Assembly: GCA_950097015.1 (NCBI GenBank)
Contig: CATNEN010000041.1
Span: forward strand, 1,550,001-1,614,000
Direction of reading: 5' to 3'
DNA: 64,000 nt
DNA from: Macrostomum hystrix
Lineage: Eukaryota; Animalia; Platyhelminthes
The translations under genes were made by a program, and so were the position numbers. Below, piece by piece: positions 45,682 to 59,200 of this stretch; positions within the stretch are counted from its first letter, which is position 1; each line of letters opens with the position of its first letter. The notes below the pieces were generated by a model, which saw only the letters and a program-made list of their open reading frames with translations, did no database searches and was not told the origin of the DNA.

Positions 45682-48600
45682 ATGACTCTGTCAGACAGCG
45701 GCAATGAGCAGCCGCAGCTGCTGCAGCAGCACCCTCAGCAGCAGCAGCAGCAGCAGCCACAGGTACAGAGCAAACTCGGTTTTCACCGTCTGGTGCACTC
45801 GGAGCATCAGCCGGCAGTGGAAGAGCAGATCAACTCCACCCTCCTGCTGGTGAAGCTGGGTGAGTGAAATCCCCAGATCATTCTTATATTGACAGAATAA
45901 AGAAGCCAGTCACAATTTGAGCACACGAACCCCCGATGAACTGCGCAGTCGCAGACTTCACGGACAGCATGGCACAGCTGTACTGCGGCCTCGGTCTTCA
46001 GCTAGAGGAGATTCTCGACGACTTTCAGGAAAAATGCGAGCAGCTGAGCAGCAAGCAGAGGTGATGAGGCAATCAAATTTTGGTTTTCGGTGTCTGTTTT
46101 GAGCACAATCTTATCTGCTAATTCTCTACTCAGCAGTGCTCACGTACAATTGTAGTGCCCAGTCGTGCTCAGGCTCGGCGCTGGACGCCTGGTTCTCACT
46201 GCTCAAGGAAATGCACGAGGAGGCCCGGGTAATGCTTTGCTCAGCTTGTCTGCATTGCTGCCTGTATGAGCTACCTGTATGAGCTACCTGTATGAGCTGC
46301 CTGTATGAGCTACCTGTATGAGCTACCTGTATGAGCTACCTGTATGAGCTGCCTGTGTGAGCTACCTGTATGAGCTGCCTGTATGAGCTACCTGTATGAG
46401 CTACCTGTATGAGCTGCCTGTATGAGCTACCTGTATGAGCTACCTGTATGAGCTGCCTGTATGAGCTACCTGTATGAGCTACCTTTATGAGCTACCTGCT
46501 TGAGCTACCTGTATGAGCTACCTGCTTGAGCTACCTGTATGAGCTACCTGTATGAGCTACCTGCTTGAGCTACCTGTATGAGCTACCTGCTTGAGCTACC
46601 TGTATGAGCTACCTGCTTGAGCTACCTGTATGAGCTACCTGTATGAGCTACCTTTATGAGCTACCTGTATGAACTGCATGTTTGAGCTGCCTATTTGAGC
46701 TACCTGTATGAGCTGCCTGTATGACCTTTCTGTATGAGCTACTTGTATGAGCTTCCAGAATGATTCTCATTTGTTCCCCGCGCGTGCAGTCCTACTCGCT
46801 GCTGTCCGGAGCCCTCATGAAGAATGTGCACTCGCAGCTGTCCGACCTGGCCGGGCACAAGGCGGCCCAGGCGGCGCGAATTCTGGCCCTCCGCGGCCGG
46901 GTCGACCATATGATCGCTGCGGCAGACCAGACCTGCGACCAGCGGCTGGCAGAGTTCAACGACATGTACAGCAGCTACGCCTGCGACAGCCGCAACGCGT
47001 CCCGCCTGGTGTCCTCGCTGCTGGGCGCCCACAACCAGTACGTGCTCAGCCTGCACTCCGCCAACCGCACCAAGGAGGAGTTCTACGGTCTGCACCTGCC
47101 CGGCATGCTTCAGGTGAGCCTCTGAGCTCGGCGTTTGACCAAGGTCCCTGAGTTCGATTCCGCGGCAAGGCCATATATATTTGGGTTACCTGTGTTAGTA
47201 GATGCACACGCCTGTGTTAGTAGATGTACACACCTGTGTTAGTAGATGTGCACACCTTTCTGACAACTCCTCTAGAACGCCTGTTGTGCTCTTCATTTTA
47301 ATTTAAACTAAAAAAATCACTATTGAAACTTTTTTATCAGGAACTGGAAGAAATTCAACTCGACGCAGCAAATGCACTCACGGGAGCTCTGGAGTCACAC
47401 TGCTACCTCAGGATGTCCAGCGTAAGTGCATCACAGCCATTGTCTAACAATCCGTCTAACACAAGTGTCTAACACGTCTGTCTAACAATCCGTGTCGAAA
47501 ATGTCTGTCTAACAAGCAGTGTCTAACATGTGTGTATAACATAAGTGTCTAACATGTCTGTCTAACACAAGTGTCTAACGTGTCTGTCTAACAATCTGTG
47601 TCTAACAGTCTGTCTAACATGTCTGTGTAACAATCTGTGTCTAACATATCTGTCTGACATGCTGCGTCTAGCATTCTAACGTGTCTAAAACGATGTCTAA
47701 CGCCGTCCTTTAAATTCTGTCTAACAATCCGTGACAACCCGTATACTTTTAACTACCTCAATCATAATCAGCTGAAAAAATGAAAACTTGCAACTCTTCC
47801 TACGGCTTCCTCAGTAAAAAGCGTTGAAGCTTTGCAGACTGTTTTTAAAAAGCGGAGCTGCGTTGCTAGGGAGCTGCGTTGCTAGGGAGCTGCGTTGCTA
47901 GGGAGCTGCGTTGCTAGGGAGCTGCGTCCTACTTAAAAAATGGCAGTTTTGGCTGAATTCTCCCGAAAAAATATGCCAATTTCCTGTTGAAATTCGGCAG
48001 AATTCAACGCACGCAAGTCCAGAGCTGATCTCCCAGCATCCGGTCACAATGGCTCTTGCTCCCAAAACTCTTCACTCTCATCGACTGTGAGTGCTCCCAC
48101 TATCGATCTCATGCGGAAGCTGAGCACTAGAGACATCAGGCAGCGCTCAGGGACTCAGTGCCGAGATGGGCGATGCAGATAGCTGTCTTTGAATAGGGAA
48201 GATGGCGCTGAGCACTGTCGAGTCGCTGGCAGAGATAATCTAGCGGATGCTCATGCAACTTTTATGCCTGATAATTGTAACATTTGCCCAATGCCCTCTG
48301 CACTCAGGGCTAGATGAGCCGTGGGGGGTTCAGAGCATCCCGCCTACTCGCCCAAGGCTCTGAAATTCTTAATTAAGAGACGGCAAGACAGAGGGAAGCG
48401 GGCAGGGGATCAGGGACAGTCCGGAATCCTCTCTGAGTCCGAACGGCCTATCAGACTGACTCGGGATTAAAAGATTTACCGGAGCTGCGGAGCTTGAAGA
48501 CTGAGCTGACTGAGCTACTCTTCTGTGAGGGGTGCGACTGGAGCGCCTCTGATCCCCGTTGAGACCTTCGGGCGAAGGGCTCCTCAGGGATACCTGGAAA

Positions 48601-51600
48601 ATAAATGCACCCTCGGTATTCGCTTGCAAAGCTGGGAATTGGGACTCGACTTACTTGATGCCGCATAGTGTCACCCCTTACCCAGCCTGGCACTGTCCCA
48701 GATCTGTCACTCTCACAAGACTGGTACTCTCACGAGACTGTCACTCTCTTAAATCCGTGAATCTCACGATACTGGCAATCTATTGAATCTGTCACTCTCT
48801 TGAATCTATCACTCTCTTGAATCTGTCACTTTCTTGAATCTGACACTTTCTTGAATCTGTCACTTTCTTGAATCTGTCACTTTCTTGAATCTGACACTTT
48901 CTTGAATCTGTCACTTTCTTGAATCTGTCACTTTCTTGAATCTGTCACTTTCTTGAATCTGTCACTTTCTTGAATCTGTCACTTTCTTGAATCTGTCACT
49001 TTCTTGAATCTGTCACTTTCTTGAATCTGACACTTTCTTGAATCTGTCACTTTCTTGAATCTGTCAATCTCTTGAATCTGTCACTTTCTTGAATCTGTCA
49101 CTTTCTTGAATCTGTCACTCTCTCGAATCTGTCACTTTCTTGAATCTGACACTTTCTTGAATCTGTCACTTTCTTGAATCTGACACTTTCTTGAATCTGT
49201 CACTTTCTTGAATCTGTCACTCTCTTGAATCTGTCACTCTCTCGAATCTGTCACTCTCTTGAATCTGTCACTCTCTTGAATCTGTCACTCTCTTGAATCT
49301 GTCACTCTCTTGAATCTGTCACTCTCTTGAATCTGTTACTTTCTTGAATCTGTCACTCTCTCAAACCTGTCTTTCGCTGGCGTAGTTCTGATAGGAGATA
49401 GAAGCTGCCACCGCCACGAAATCTTCAGTCTCCCAGGTGCGTCATTCGCAGTAGATGTGAAGCTGCAGGTATATTTTTGGGATCAAAAACACTTGCCTCC
49501 TCGCTCGCATTTGCTAGGTGACGCAAACCTAGCTCTCAGATGGCAGAAATCTAATTTATTCTCCAGGTTTGACTGGGCGCCCTTAACCCCCTGGGGGCCC
49601 GGACGCTAGTCGGATCTTGAGAGAGTCGAGTTCCTAATTTTCGGAAGATCTTTGGTCTAGGAATTCCTAGCCCACCTTTGCCCGGCCGTCTCCTGGCTGC
49701 TCAGGAAATTGATGCGCCGTCTACGCGGGCTCTTAGAGAATAGATTTTCATATAAAATGAGCGCATGAAAGTCGAGATCATGGAAACAAGAATGAATCCG
49801 GTTTCATCCTTGCTACTTGCAGTAGCGACGCCCGCTTTCCACAATTAGCAGTTTTTTTTATAAACAAAAATTCGGTTTCTATCACTTCTGAGAGTGAAAA
49901 GGACAGAGAAATGAAATTCTTACCATGAAATAAATTAGAATCTCCGCCCCATATGCTCTACTAAAAGTAGAGTCTATCTGTCTGAGGCTGAGCATTTGGC
50001 ACTCTAATCTAACAAAGTTACTCTCCCTAAATGTCACTCTCCCTAAATGTCACTCTCCCTAAATGTTACTCTCCCTAAATGTCACTCTCCTTAAATGTCA
50101 CTCCGGCTGCCCAACGCGTCACTCCTCCGCTGCAGCTGGACTCGATCCGGGGCCGCTACGAGGCGGCGTTGACTGCCTGCAAGAGCGCCGCCCCGCAGCG
50201 CGACATTCAGGGCTTCGTGCGCAGCCGGCTGATCGCGGTCGGCGGCCAGACAACTTCGTCGGCGGCGGCTGCTCCGGCGGCGTTGCCGTCGGCAGCATTC
50301 GAACTCGCGACCTATAATCCAGCCAGTCTTGGAGAGAGTGACGTTAGTTAAATGCTTTCTTTAAAGGATTAGTACAAGATACAGTAGGTCAAGTACAAGA
50401 TACATCAGGATGAGTACAAGATACATCAGGATGAGTACAATATACAGTAGGATGAGTACAAGATACAGCCGGATGAGTACAAGATACATCAGGATGAGTA
50501 CAATATACATCAGGATGAGCACAAGATACACAGGATGAGTACAAGATACAGAATGATACAACAGAGAAGTGAAAGTCCAAAGCATTTAGTACAAGATGCA
50601 GTAGGTGTATTTTCCTGACTAGGATTCCAAATCGCAATTTGTGATGACAGTTTGTGCTCAAAGACGAGATTGTCAACGACAGACTGACTGAGGCGCACCT
50701 GCGGGCCAGACAGCAGGAGCTGGCCAAGGAAAGCCAGGAACTGAAGTCTTTCATCCGGCAGAATGAAGAGGTGACGGAGTCCCTGAAGACCTTCTGCAAG
50801 AGGTGAGATTGATTGATGGACTCATTGATTTGGGATTTAGGAATAAAATAAATGTTGCCCACAATTAGCATCTGTCGCTAATGTCATAAAAAAGTATTGT
50901 TCAACCTGTGCCGCAGTTCCTTTCATTCAAATGAAAATTGGATTTGAAATTTCACCTGAAGTACAAGCCTGACCCAATTTTTATAGTTCACATAGAAATG
51001 GCAATTGGAAAATTGCTTCTTTAGATATTTGAGAAATGCAGGACCTTGTCATGACTCAAAGGACATAGCTGTGATTGTTTTATGAATGAATAAATGTAGA
51101 TCAAAATACTAATAAATTCATTTAAATTTCGATTGATTGATTCAAAATATTGTTGTTATCGATTGATTTGTTTATCGATTGATTTGATTATTGATTGATT
51201 TGTTTATCGATTAATTAGTTTATTGATTGCTTTGATTTGAACTTAAGAGCTGATTGTGTCAGGGACTGGTCGCTGATAGCCCAGATGTTTTGGAACTTTG
51301 ATTCTTAGGTCAGGGGTTCGTTTCTCAGCTTTGGAGGGGAGCAATTTGTGTCCGGGAGCAAGATGCGTAATTTTCCCACTGCTTCAGCTTACCCAGCTGT
51401 AAAACGGGTACCAAGCATGGCTCGGGGTTGAAAGTGTGACAGCTTCCCCAGCTTGCCTGATCCCTAAGAGGCCTGATAAGCCTTTCAATGGAACAAAAAT
51501 TGCACCATCCCGCATCACGGATCCGCTAGCTGCTGCTGCCGCTGCTGCTGCGTTTAAGCTGACAGATCGACAGAGATCGGTGATAGGAATCCAAAAATAG

Positions 51601-54600
51601 CGAACTACACTTCATCAGAGACTGCGAGCGATGAAAGGCGGATGTTGGAAAATTGGAAAATTTTCTACTTGAAAAGCGACACAGATCAGCGGGCTCGGGT
51701 CTGATCTCAGCCGGTCTGAGCACACCTGAGCAGGCCAAGGGTATCGCGTGTGCATAGAGACAGAAATAAGTGAGCTGACCGCCTGAGATCGCATTGAGTG
51801 GAGCGCACGGGTGGGCGGAATTCGGAAGCAGAAAGCTGCTTATTATTCGGCTAGGCCTGCCTACAAATCGAGGTGAAAAGTCTATTTGTGTGCGATATGC
51901 CAGGACTAGGGTGGGGAGCAGATGGGTGAGCAGTGCTCAACAAGCTCAGGTTGCTCTCGATGCTCCTCTCCAGCCGGCCGTCTGTTATTTCAACCCGCTC
52001 AGGCGGGCGTCAATGACGAACGGGCGGCACTAAGTCATGCGCGGCTGCGCGAGATCCGGGCTCCGGTCGGGCGGGGAGACCATTGTGGAGGGGAAGTCGG
52101 CAGCCTAGTGACTGTGCTTTTACATTGAGCTGCCATTGGCTGGCTAGAAGGATGAGCAGTAGGGGGATCATGGGGCCTATCCCCCCACTGTCCCTCCTAC
52201 CCTGATGCTCCGAGTATGAATTCTGATGGGCGGAGACCCGAGAGACGCATTGAGTACCTGCCAGGCTTGGAAATTCTGCATTTTAAAGCCACTCGGGGAT
52301 TCCGGTAAGTTGGTGAATGAGCTAGTTGGTGAATGAGCTAGTTGGTGAATGAGCTAGTTGGTGAATGAGCTAGTTGGTGAATGAGCTAGTTGGTGAATGA
52401 GTGAGTTGGTGAATGAGCTAGTTGGTGAATGAGCTAGTTGGTGAATGAGCTAGTTGGTGAATGAGCTAGTTGGTGAATGAGCTAGTTGGTGAATGAGCTA
52501 GTTGGTGAATGAGTGAGTTCGAGACCAGGGGACAAAGTTGAATATCTCTCATGCGTCTTATGTCTCCTGGTCCAGTCAAAGATAACCAACCCGCTAGAAA
52601 TATTCTCAAATGATGGGAAAAAATGCTTTTAAGCTGCAAGGCCTGAACCTAATCCCAGTCCACTGAGAGCACCTTCTTGGGGTGGAAGCGCGAGTCGGGG
52701 AAGTTAATGCTTGGGGATTAGGCAGGCAGGCGCAGTGCTAACGGAAATTGAGCACTCGTTGAGCATACCCTAGCAGTCATTATTTCGCAGCCACAGGGAG
52801 AGCTCGGACTAAAAAATATGCTCATTAACTTTCAATGAGTCGCTCTAATAACGAGTAGCGAATTTTTGTTTGCAGAATTTGTACTTTTGTGCAACAACTG
52901 CAAAAAAATACGGCCGACAATTGATCCCGCAGGAACCTCGGCAATCACCTGTACGACAAGGTGTACGAGACTCAGGAAGACCTGTCCAGGAAGAGGAACG
53001 AAATCCGCATGGCGAGCATCCAGCTGGCAGCTGTGCAGGCTCAGGTCAGTCAGCTAGAAGTTTGCCGATATGTAGCGAAAAAGACGAAATAAGTAAGGTT
53101 TTTCATTTTAGGAAACACTTGGGCTTCTTTGTGCTAAGAAATAGGCCAAAATTAGTTTGGTAATCTCGGAGAAATATTGATTCATCAGGCAATAAAATGA
53201 ACCAGCAATCGATGCAGTTATTCAAGATTGTCGCATAATCTTCACGCCCATTTTTCACAGGGAATGGAGTTTGACCGAAGTTCTCAAAGTATCACGCAAA
53301 AAATCCCAGATCCCAAGTCTTAGCCTCAGCGCTGTTGCGTAGCGACCTCCATATCTTGAACTCTTGGGGAGGGTTGGCTCTCAATTCAAAAGCAACAAAT
53401 ATCGATTGATTGTGTCTGCCGTGGCAGGCCTCACTGCCTTGAGGCCAGGGGCGAATGACTGCGAAGTGGCACAAAGGATGGGAGAAATGAGACACGGGAA
53501 AAATCGATCGCATCCGACGGACTCGGGTGACATTGCTGACCAGGCCACTGATCTACTTGTCTTTGTTTAACAGCTATCGAGGCCGCAGCCTTCACTGCCG
53601 CGACGATCCTCCGGACCAGGTCCTGTAACGAAGTCAGGGATGCCCGTGTCACTGAGACCTCAGTCCAGGGCCGCGGATTTGATTAGACGCTGAGCTCATT
53701 TCATAATTCACTTATGCCGATCCCACTGGCCTGCGCTGCGATGTTGACTCTGCAGATTCGATCCAGCGCCTGGGATCTTGTCCTGTGGCTGGCTAATGCT
53801 CGGCCACTCCTCCACTTCTTGGCCAGCGCTTTCTCAGCCCCCCCAGGGAGACGCCAAGCTCGTCGTCGGCAAAGTGCAGCTCGGCCTTCGACTGGCGGAA
53901 AGAAATGCATTTTTCATACTTTTTCATATCTTCGCTTTTTTTTCTCATTAGCGAGCGACCGGTGGGGGGTCAGGGAATCGCCAGGTCTCGCCAGGCCTCC
54001 TCGCTCACAATTGACTCTGAAAAATTGAAAGAGGACAATAATTATTCCGCAGCCAAGTTGTCTTCATGTGATGTCGAAAAAATGTCATCAGCTCTTCAAG
54101 CCGAATGAAAGAACAGATGAACAGCCTATTAAGTGCGCCATATTTTCGTGCGCCAAAGGTGCCTTTTCGAGTGGCTACGCAGAGAGAAAATAAGTTGGAT
54201 AAATTAGTGGCAGATAAATAGGAGCCAAAAACTGCAAAATGGCAGAATTATTGAGTTCTAAAAATAGCAACAGACCCGACACGACACGCGTTTTCTGAGC
54301 GGCTTCGATGCCTGCCCAAGCGCTCTGTTGGGATAACTTGGAGAGCTGAGGGAGAATTGCTGTGTAAGAGGCTAGTTGCTTGCCTTGGCTGTAAAGGTCA
54401 GGCGGCTGCAACCCCAGCGGCCCAGATCAATTAGCGGCCCAGCGGGGCGCCGCGGCGAGCGAGCCTCGGACCACCCGGTCTGCACCGCGATGTCCCCACA
54501 CCGCTGAGGGACTTCCTCTTGAACTCCTGCCTGCCGCCCTTCCACCAGCAGGAAGAGGACAAACGCGCAGAAATGGAAGGCGGAGGTGGCTATTCATCGC

Positions 54601-56193
54601 TTATAAACTGGCTCAGCTGGCTCTGAAGCAGGCAATGAGGAAGTGGAGAGCGAGAATTGCCGGCTGGAATAAAACAGGGAGGAGCCAGCAGCAGCAGACC
54701 CACCCAGGCGAGGCACCTGCGTGAGCCTCTCTGGTTTCTCTTTCTTCTGCCGCCGCCACAGCCGCCGCAGTCATAAATTTTGCTTGCTTGAAGAACAACC
54801 CGCCGGGCATCTTTCAGGAGCAGCGGCAAGTCCAGCGCAGATTCGCCCGCCAGAGACGGGAGGGGAGACCCGGGGAGGCCCCGCGCCCCTCGCCCTCCTC
54901 TCTCACTGGGCTGTCCAGGAATAACATTTCACTGGTGGGGGGGGCAAGTCGTGCGGTGGACCAAGAGGAGCCCGACCACCCCATCCGCCTCTGGACCCCA
55001 GCGGGGCAATAAAAAACGCAGCAATTTGCCTCGGGGGCCTTCGCACCGGTCGAGATCGGCGACCACCAGAATCATGTCCAAGGCGAGAGTGGCTGCTGAT
55101 GACGACGAGGAAGAGGAGGAAGCTCGACCGCCACCGCCGACCAGTGCCCGATGGCTGAGCCGGCACGGCAGCCTTCGGCAGGCGGCGGGTCAGCTGTCGC
55201 GTCGGCTGGCCGCCCGTCTGTCGCTGACGCGGCAGCGCTCACTCGGAGGCGCTCTTGGCAGGCGCAGTCAGGACGCTGACGCCGACGCCGAGGAAACTGA
55301 CGGCGACCCCTACGAGGACTCGAACTTCAGAGAGGCGCCGCCGCGGCAGCTCGCCTCGCCGGTTCGATTCTCCCTTCTGCCGAAGGCCACATCCAGCTAC
55401 GACGGCTTCCGAACCCGCGGCCGCCTGCTGTCCAACCAGCAGCAGCGCAGCTGCGACAGCCACGACGATTCTGTGGCGAGCCCTGCCTCGGCCGCCGGCA
55501 GTTCCAGGGGAAGCAGCGGCGACTTCGGCGCTGCCTGGGCCTGCGCAGCCGGCGCCACTAAAGTGCGCGGAGTGCTTGGGGCGGGGAGCACAAAGGCTGC
55601 CCAGTTTTCATATTGAAATTCAACCGACAAGTCGCGCAGCTCATTCTCAGGGCTGCCAGCCTAAGTATTGATGCTGGTGAATTGCTAAAGTGCACTCAAG
55701 CACAAGGGCTTTGGATTCGATGGATCGAACCGGGCTCCGACAATCGATGCCTGTCTGTCTGTCCCTGTGATCTCTGGACTTTCCGAAAAAAATGTTTAGC
55801 TGACAGGCCGTAGACTCAGTGGGGTTGTAGTGGGATCGAAAATGATTCGACTTTTCCAATCGTACTGGGGGTCGGTGGCAGAGCGTTTGCCTCTCGCACC
55901 ACGGTCCCTAAGTTCGATTCCACGGCGAGGCCACATTTATTTAGGGCGCAGCCGCGGAGAGAAGGCTTGGGGGCTTGTCGTGCAATTCATGCCCTTGAGG
56001 GCTAACCTCCATGGCACAGTGAAATGTACACCGATGAGAAAGTCAGGGCAGATGTGTGAGCGTATGGCTGCGTACAGTATCTGTGTGCGTGTGTATTAAG
56101 GAGTCAGCGAAATGGGCAGAATTGCCTCCTCGCTGGCTGCGGGTCAAGTGTCACCAAATGATGTGCCATTGCCCGCAGCCCTCCTGCAATTAA

Positions 56194-56242
<49 letters not shown>

Positions 56243-59200
56243 GTTATTATTACACACTGGAAGCCCTGGCTTTCCGGCCTTCCAGATGGACATGATGAAC
56301 TTCGGCAAGAAGCCGGACGAGCCCGACGAGGACGATAAGAAGGACGACGCGAGCATCAAGGGGCTGTGGAAGCGAGCCTTCAACACGCTGAAAATTCGCG
56401 ACAAGGAGAAGGTGAGATTCAAACGAAAAAAATTTTTATTACTCGGGAAGCAAACTCCGCAAAGTGATAATATGTTTGAAAGTCAAAAGTGCACCAACTG
56501 GACCAGAGGCGGTCAGACTTTCTTACCGACCTGGCTGACTCTGTCATTCAAAAACAACAGCGGCCGGCAACGGCTAGCAGGGATTTGCCCTCAGGATTGG
56601 CACAGCGGTGCTTGGAGTGACAGCTAATTCTGGGTTAACTTCCAGGTAGAATCCCAGTGCATTGGTGCGCTTGAGTGCGCCAGTGCGGTCGAAAAGTGCC
56701 TCCCGTCTTTCATGTTTTCCGCCGCCGGTCGCATCATCTGTCAAAAAAGACTTTGTGCGTCGAAAATTTTCAGCGAAACACGCTGCGGCTTTTCGGCGCG
56801 CATTTGGGAAAAAAGAACTTAACATTTTCTGCTTCCACCACTACGGCGGCCGCTGGTTTAAGTTTATCCATGGATGCAGGGGTGGCGCGCTCCATTTGTT
56901 TTCGCACTTTTTCTGGGTCACAATTTCTGCAGGATGCGAAGTCACGTGACCCAGTCGTAGTTTTCTGGCATCGACGCAATTAGGGCTGGTGGCAGCGGGC
57001 TAAGTGTGTGAGTGCGGCCTGTGCGTGACCGAAAAAATCGGTCATGTTTTTCGCCACCTTTATAAATACTCCGCTTGGCCCCACCTTTGTTGCAGACTCC
57101 AAAGAAGAAGAAGGGAGGCAAGGATGAGGACGATGCTGCAGGTGAGAGTCTGGGATATTCTATGGGGATATTCTTCCTTCCTGCACTTTTAGACTAGCGG
57201 TTTTATGGCGCTCCTGAAAAGGAATATTTGGGGGTAAAATTTCTGCTCGTAAAATATCAGCATGCTTTAAGTACCAACGATGGCTCGGTGCCCGCGGAGT
57301 GACATTTGGCTCGTCAACTGCCAACAATCTGCGGTGCAGCAACTGACGAACCAGCCAATTATTGCAGATGACGTGGATCCGGTGTACAGTCTTTTGAAGC
57401 GGGCCGCCGACAAGGGCGTCCAGAAGTGCACGGGCTGCACTCCGGAGGCTGGCGGCAGTCCGCAGGCAGGTGGGAAGTCCGGCGCCGAGTCGCTGCAGTC
57501 CGGTCTAGCAGCTGGTGAGTGCCGGTGGGTAGATAGGTAGACAGGTAGATAGGTAGATAGGTAGATAGGTAGATAGGTAGATAGGTAGATAGGTAGATAG
57601 GTAGACAGGTAGATAGGTAGATAGGCAGATAGGTAGACATGTAGATAGATAAATAGGTAGACATGTATATACATAGGTAGATAGGTAAATAGGTATACAG
57701 GTAGATAGATAAATAGGTAGATAGGTAGACAGGTAGACAGATAAATAGGTAAATAGGTAGACAGGTAGATAAATATATAGATAGTTAGATAGGTAGACAC
57801 GTAGATAGATGGATGGAACGGTAGATAACTAGATTGTTAGACGTGTTGGTAGGTAAATAGCTATATTAGATAGATAAGTTGACAGGTAGACAGATAAGCA
57901 GGGAGATAAGTACAGGTATATAGATTGACAGATAGATGGATGGATAGGTAGATTTATAGATAGGTGGACAGATAGATATGTATTCTGATAGATTGATAGT
58001 CAGATGGGTAAATAAACAGGTAGGTGAGTAGGTAGACTGTCAGCTCACAAGCTGCAGCCAGAGCTCGCAGGTCGCAGCTGCAACGTGTGTCAGATGAGTT
58101 ACTAACCCTGCCAGTTTATTAGTTTTAGAAAGCTTTAGTTCCGCTGCACCCAAAACTTCCGAAATCTGCCTATAAGGCGATGAGCTTCCTACTGATTTGT
58201 TCTCAATAATCCTGGACACTCATACTCATGATTAGGCTAGCCAGTTCGCTTAGCCTACTGCTTGAATTTGTTAGTTAAATTGTGCTTTTTGTTTGGCTTT
58301 TTGTTTTGGATTCAGTCGCTAATTTTGCAGTTTCTTGCAAAAGTACAAATCTGGGACTAACTGCTTGGGCAAATCATTAACGATCGTTGCGAGCAGAGGT
58401 GAAAGCCAGCTGCTGTGCCAGTCTGCACTTTCCACAAGCCAGTGACACATTCCCACGAGTCCCTGTCCTGTCCGATCAGCTTTTCTAATGACTTCATTTT
58501 TAAACGGTTCAATGGGCACTGCAGGTACCACTGGGGGGGCGGCAGCTGAGCGGCAGGCGTCAAGATTTGAATTCCCATTGTGGGATAAATCCGCTTTTGA
58601 GGTTTCCGAGGCGCGAATGTGTGAAATTAAATTGCGAAAATGCAACGAAATATATTTTTCGAATTATCGAGGCTCCAACGTTACTTCAAAGTTTGACGGA
58701 CAAAAGTTCAATTAAATTTTTGCACTATTACACCGTTAGACACCTGATTTGTACGTAGATGCTCTCGCATTGCATATTTTTAGCTAATAGAATATCAATG
58801 TACTGGACTAGCTTAGCAGAGCTCGTGCCTAGCGGTTTTGTTTTATCGCATAAGAATCGAAAAGGCCTGTGAAATGAGCATAAAACACCGCCTGCTCGTG
58901 TTACACCTGCGTAATCCTTTTTTGCGAGCTTGATTTCGTAGTTGAATGCATAATTGATCAAATTAATTTTGCTGCTCTTAGTTCTGTATCACTGCATGAG
59001 TGCAACTGGCCAGACTTTTGTACTTTGGTCAGCCAGCTTGAGAACAGCAACGGATGCCGCTGTGAGAACTGTGATTGTACTCAGCACTTAGAGCAATGTG
59101 AACCTTTTGGCCATCGCTTCGGGATCCGTTGCTAACCAGTTGCTGATGCAGTGAAACATTAGCTCTGTGTTAGCAGTTTTCACTAATCTTTTGTTCGACT

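Noticed and set aside
45896-45948. Apparent in-frame stop or non-canonical acceptor in the F-BAR gene
   Set aside because: Resolved by the canonical acceptor ctgcgcag| at 45948, which keeps frame.
49583-49620. piggyBac-like end TTAA|CCCCCTGGGGG
   Set aside because: No matching inverted end plus TTAA was found by eye.
45682-53044. Calling the gene FER/FES kinase
   Set aside because: The F-BAR is similar, but the SH2 and kinase that should follow the FX region are absent and STAC-type motifs follow instead.
58319-58961. Minus-strand ORFs of 77-108 aa inside the STAC-like intron
   Set aside because: No recognisable motifs or splice structure; could be decayed TE but unsupported.
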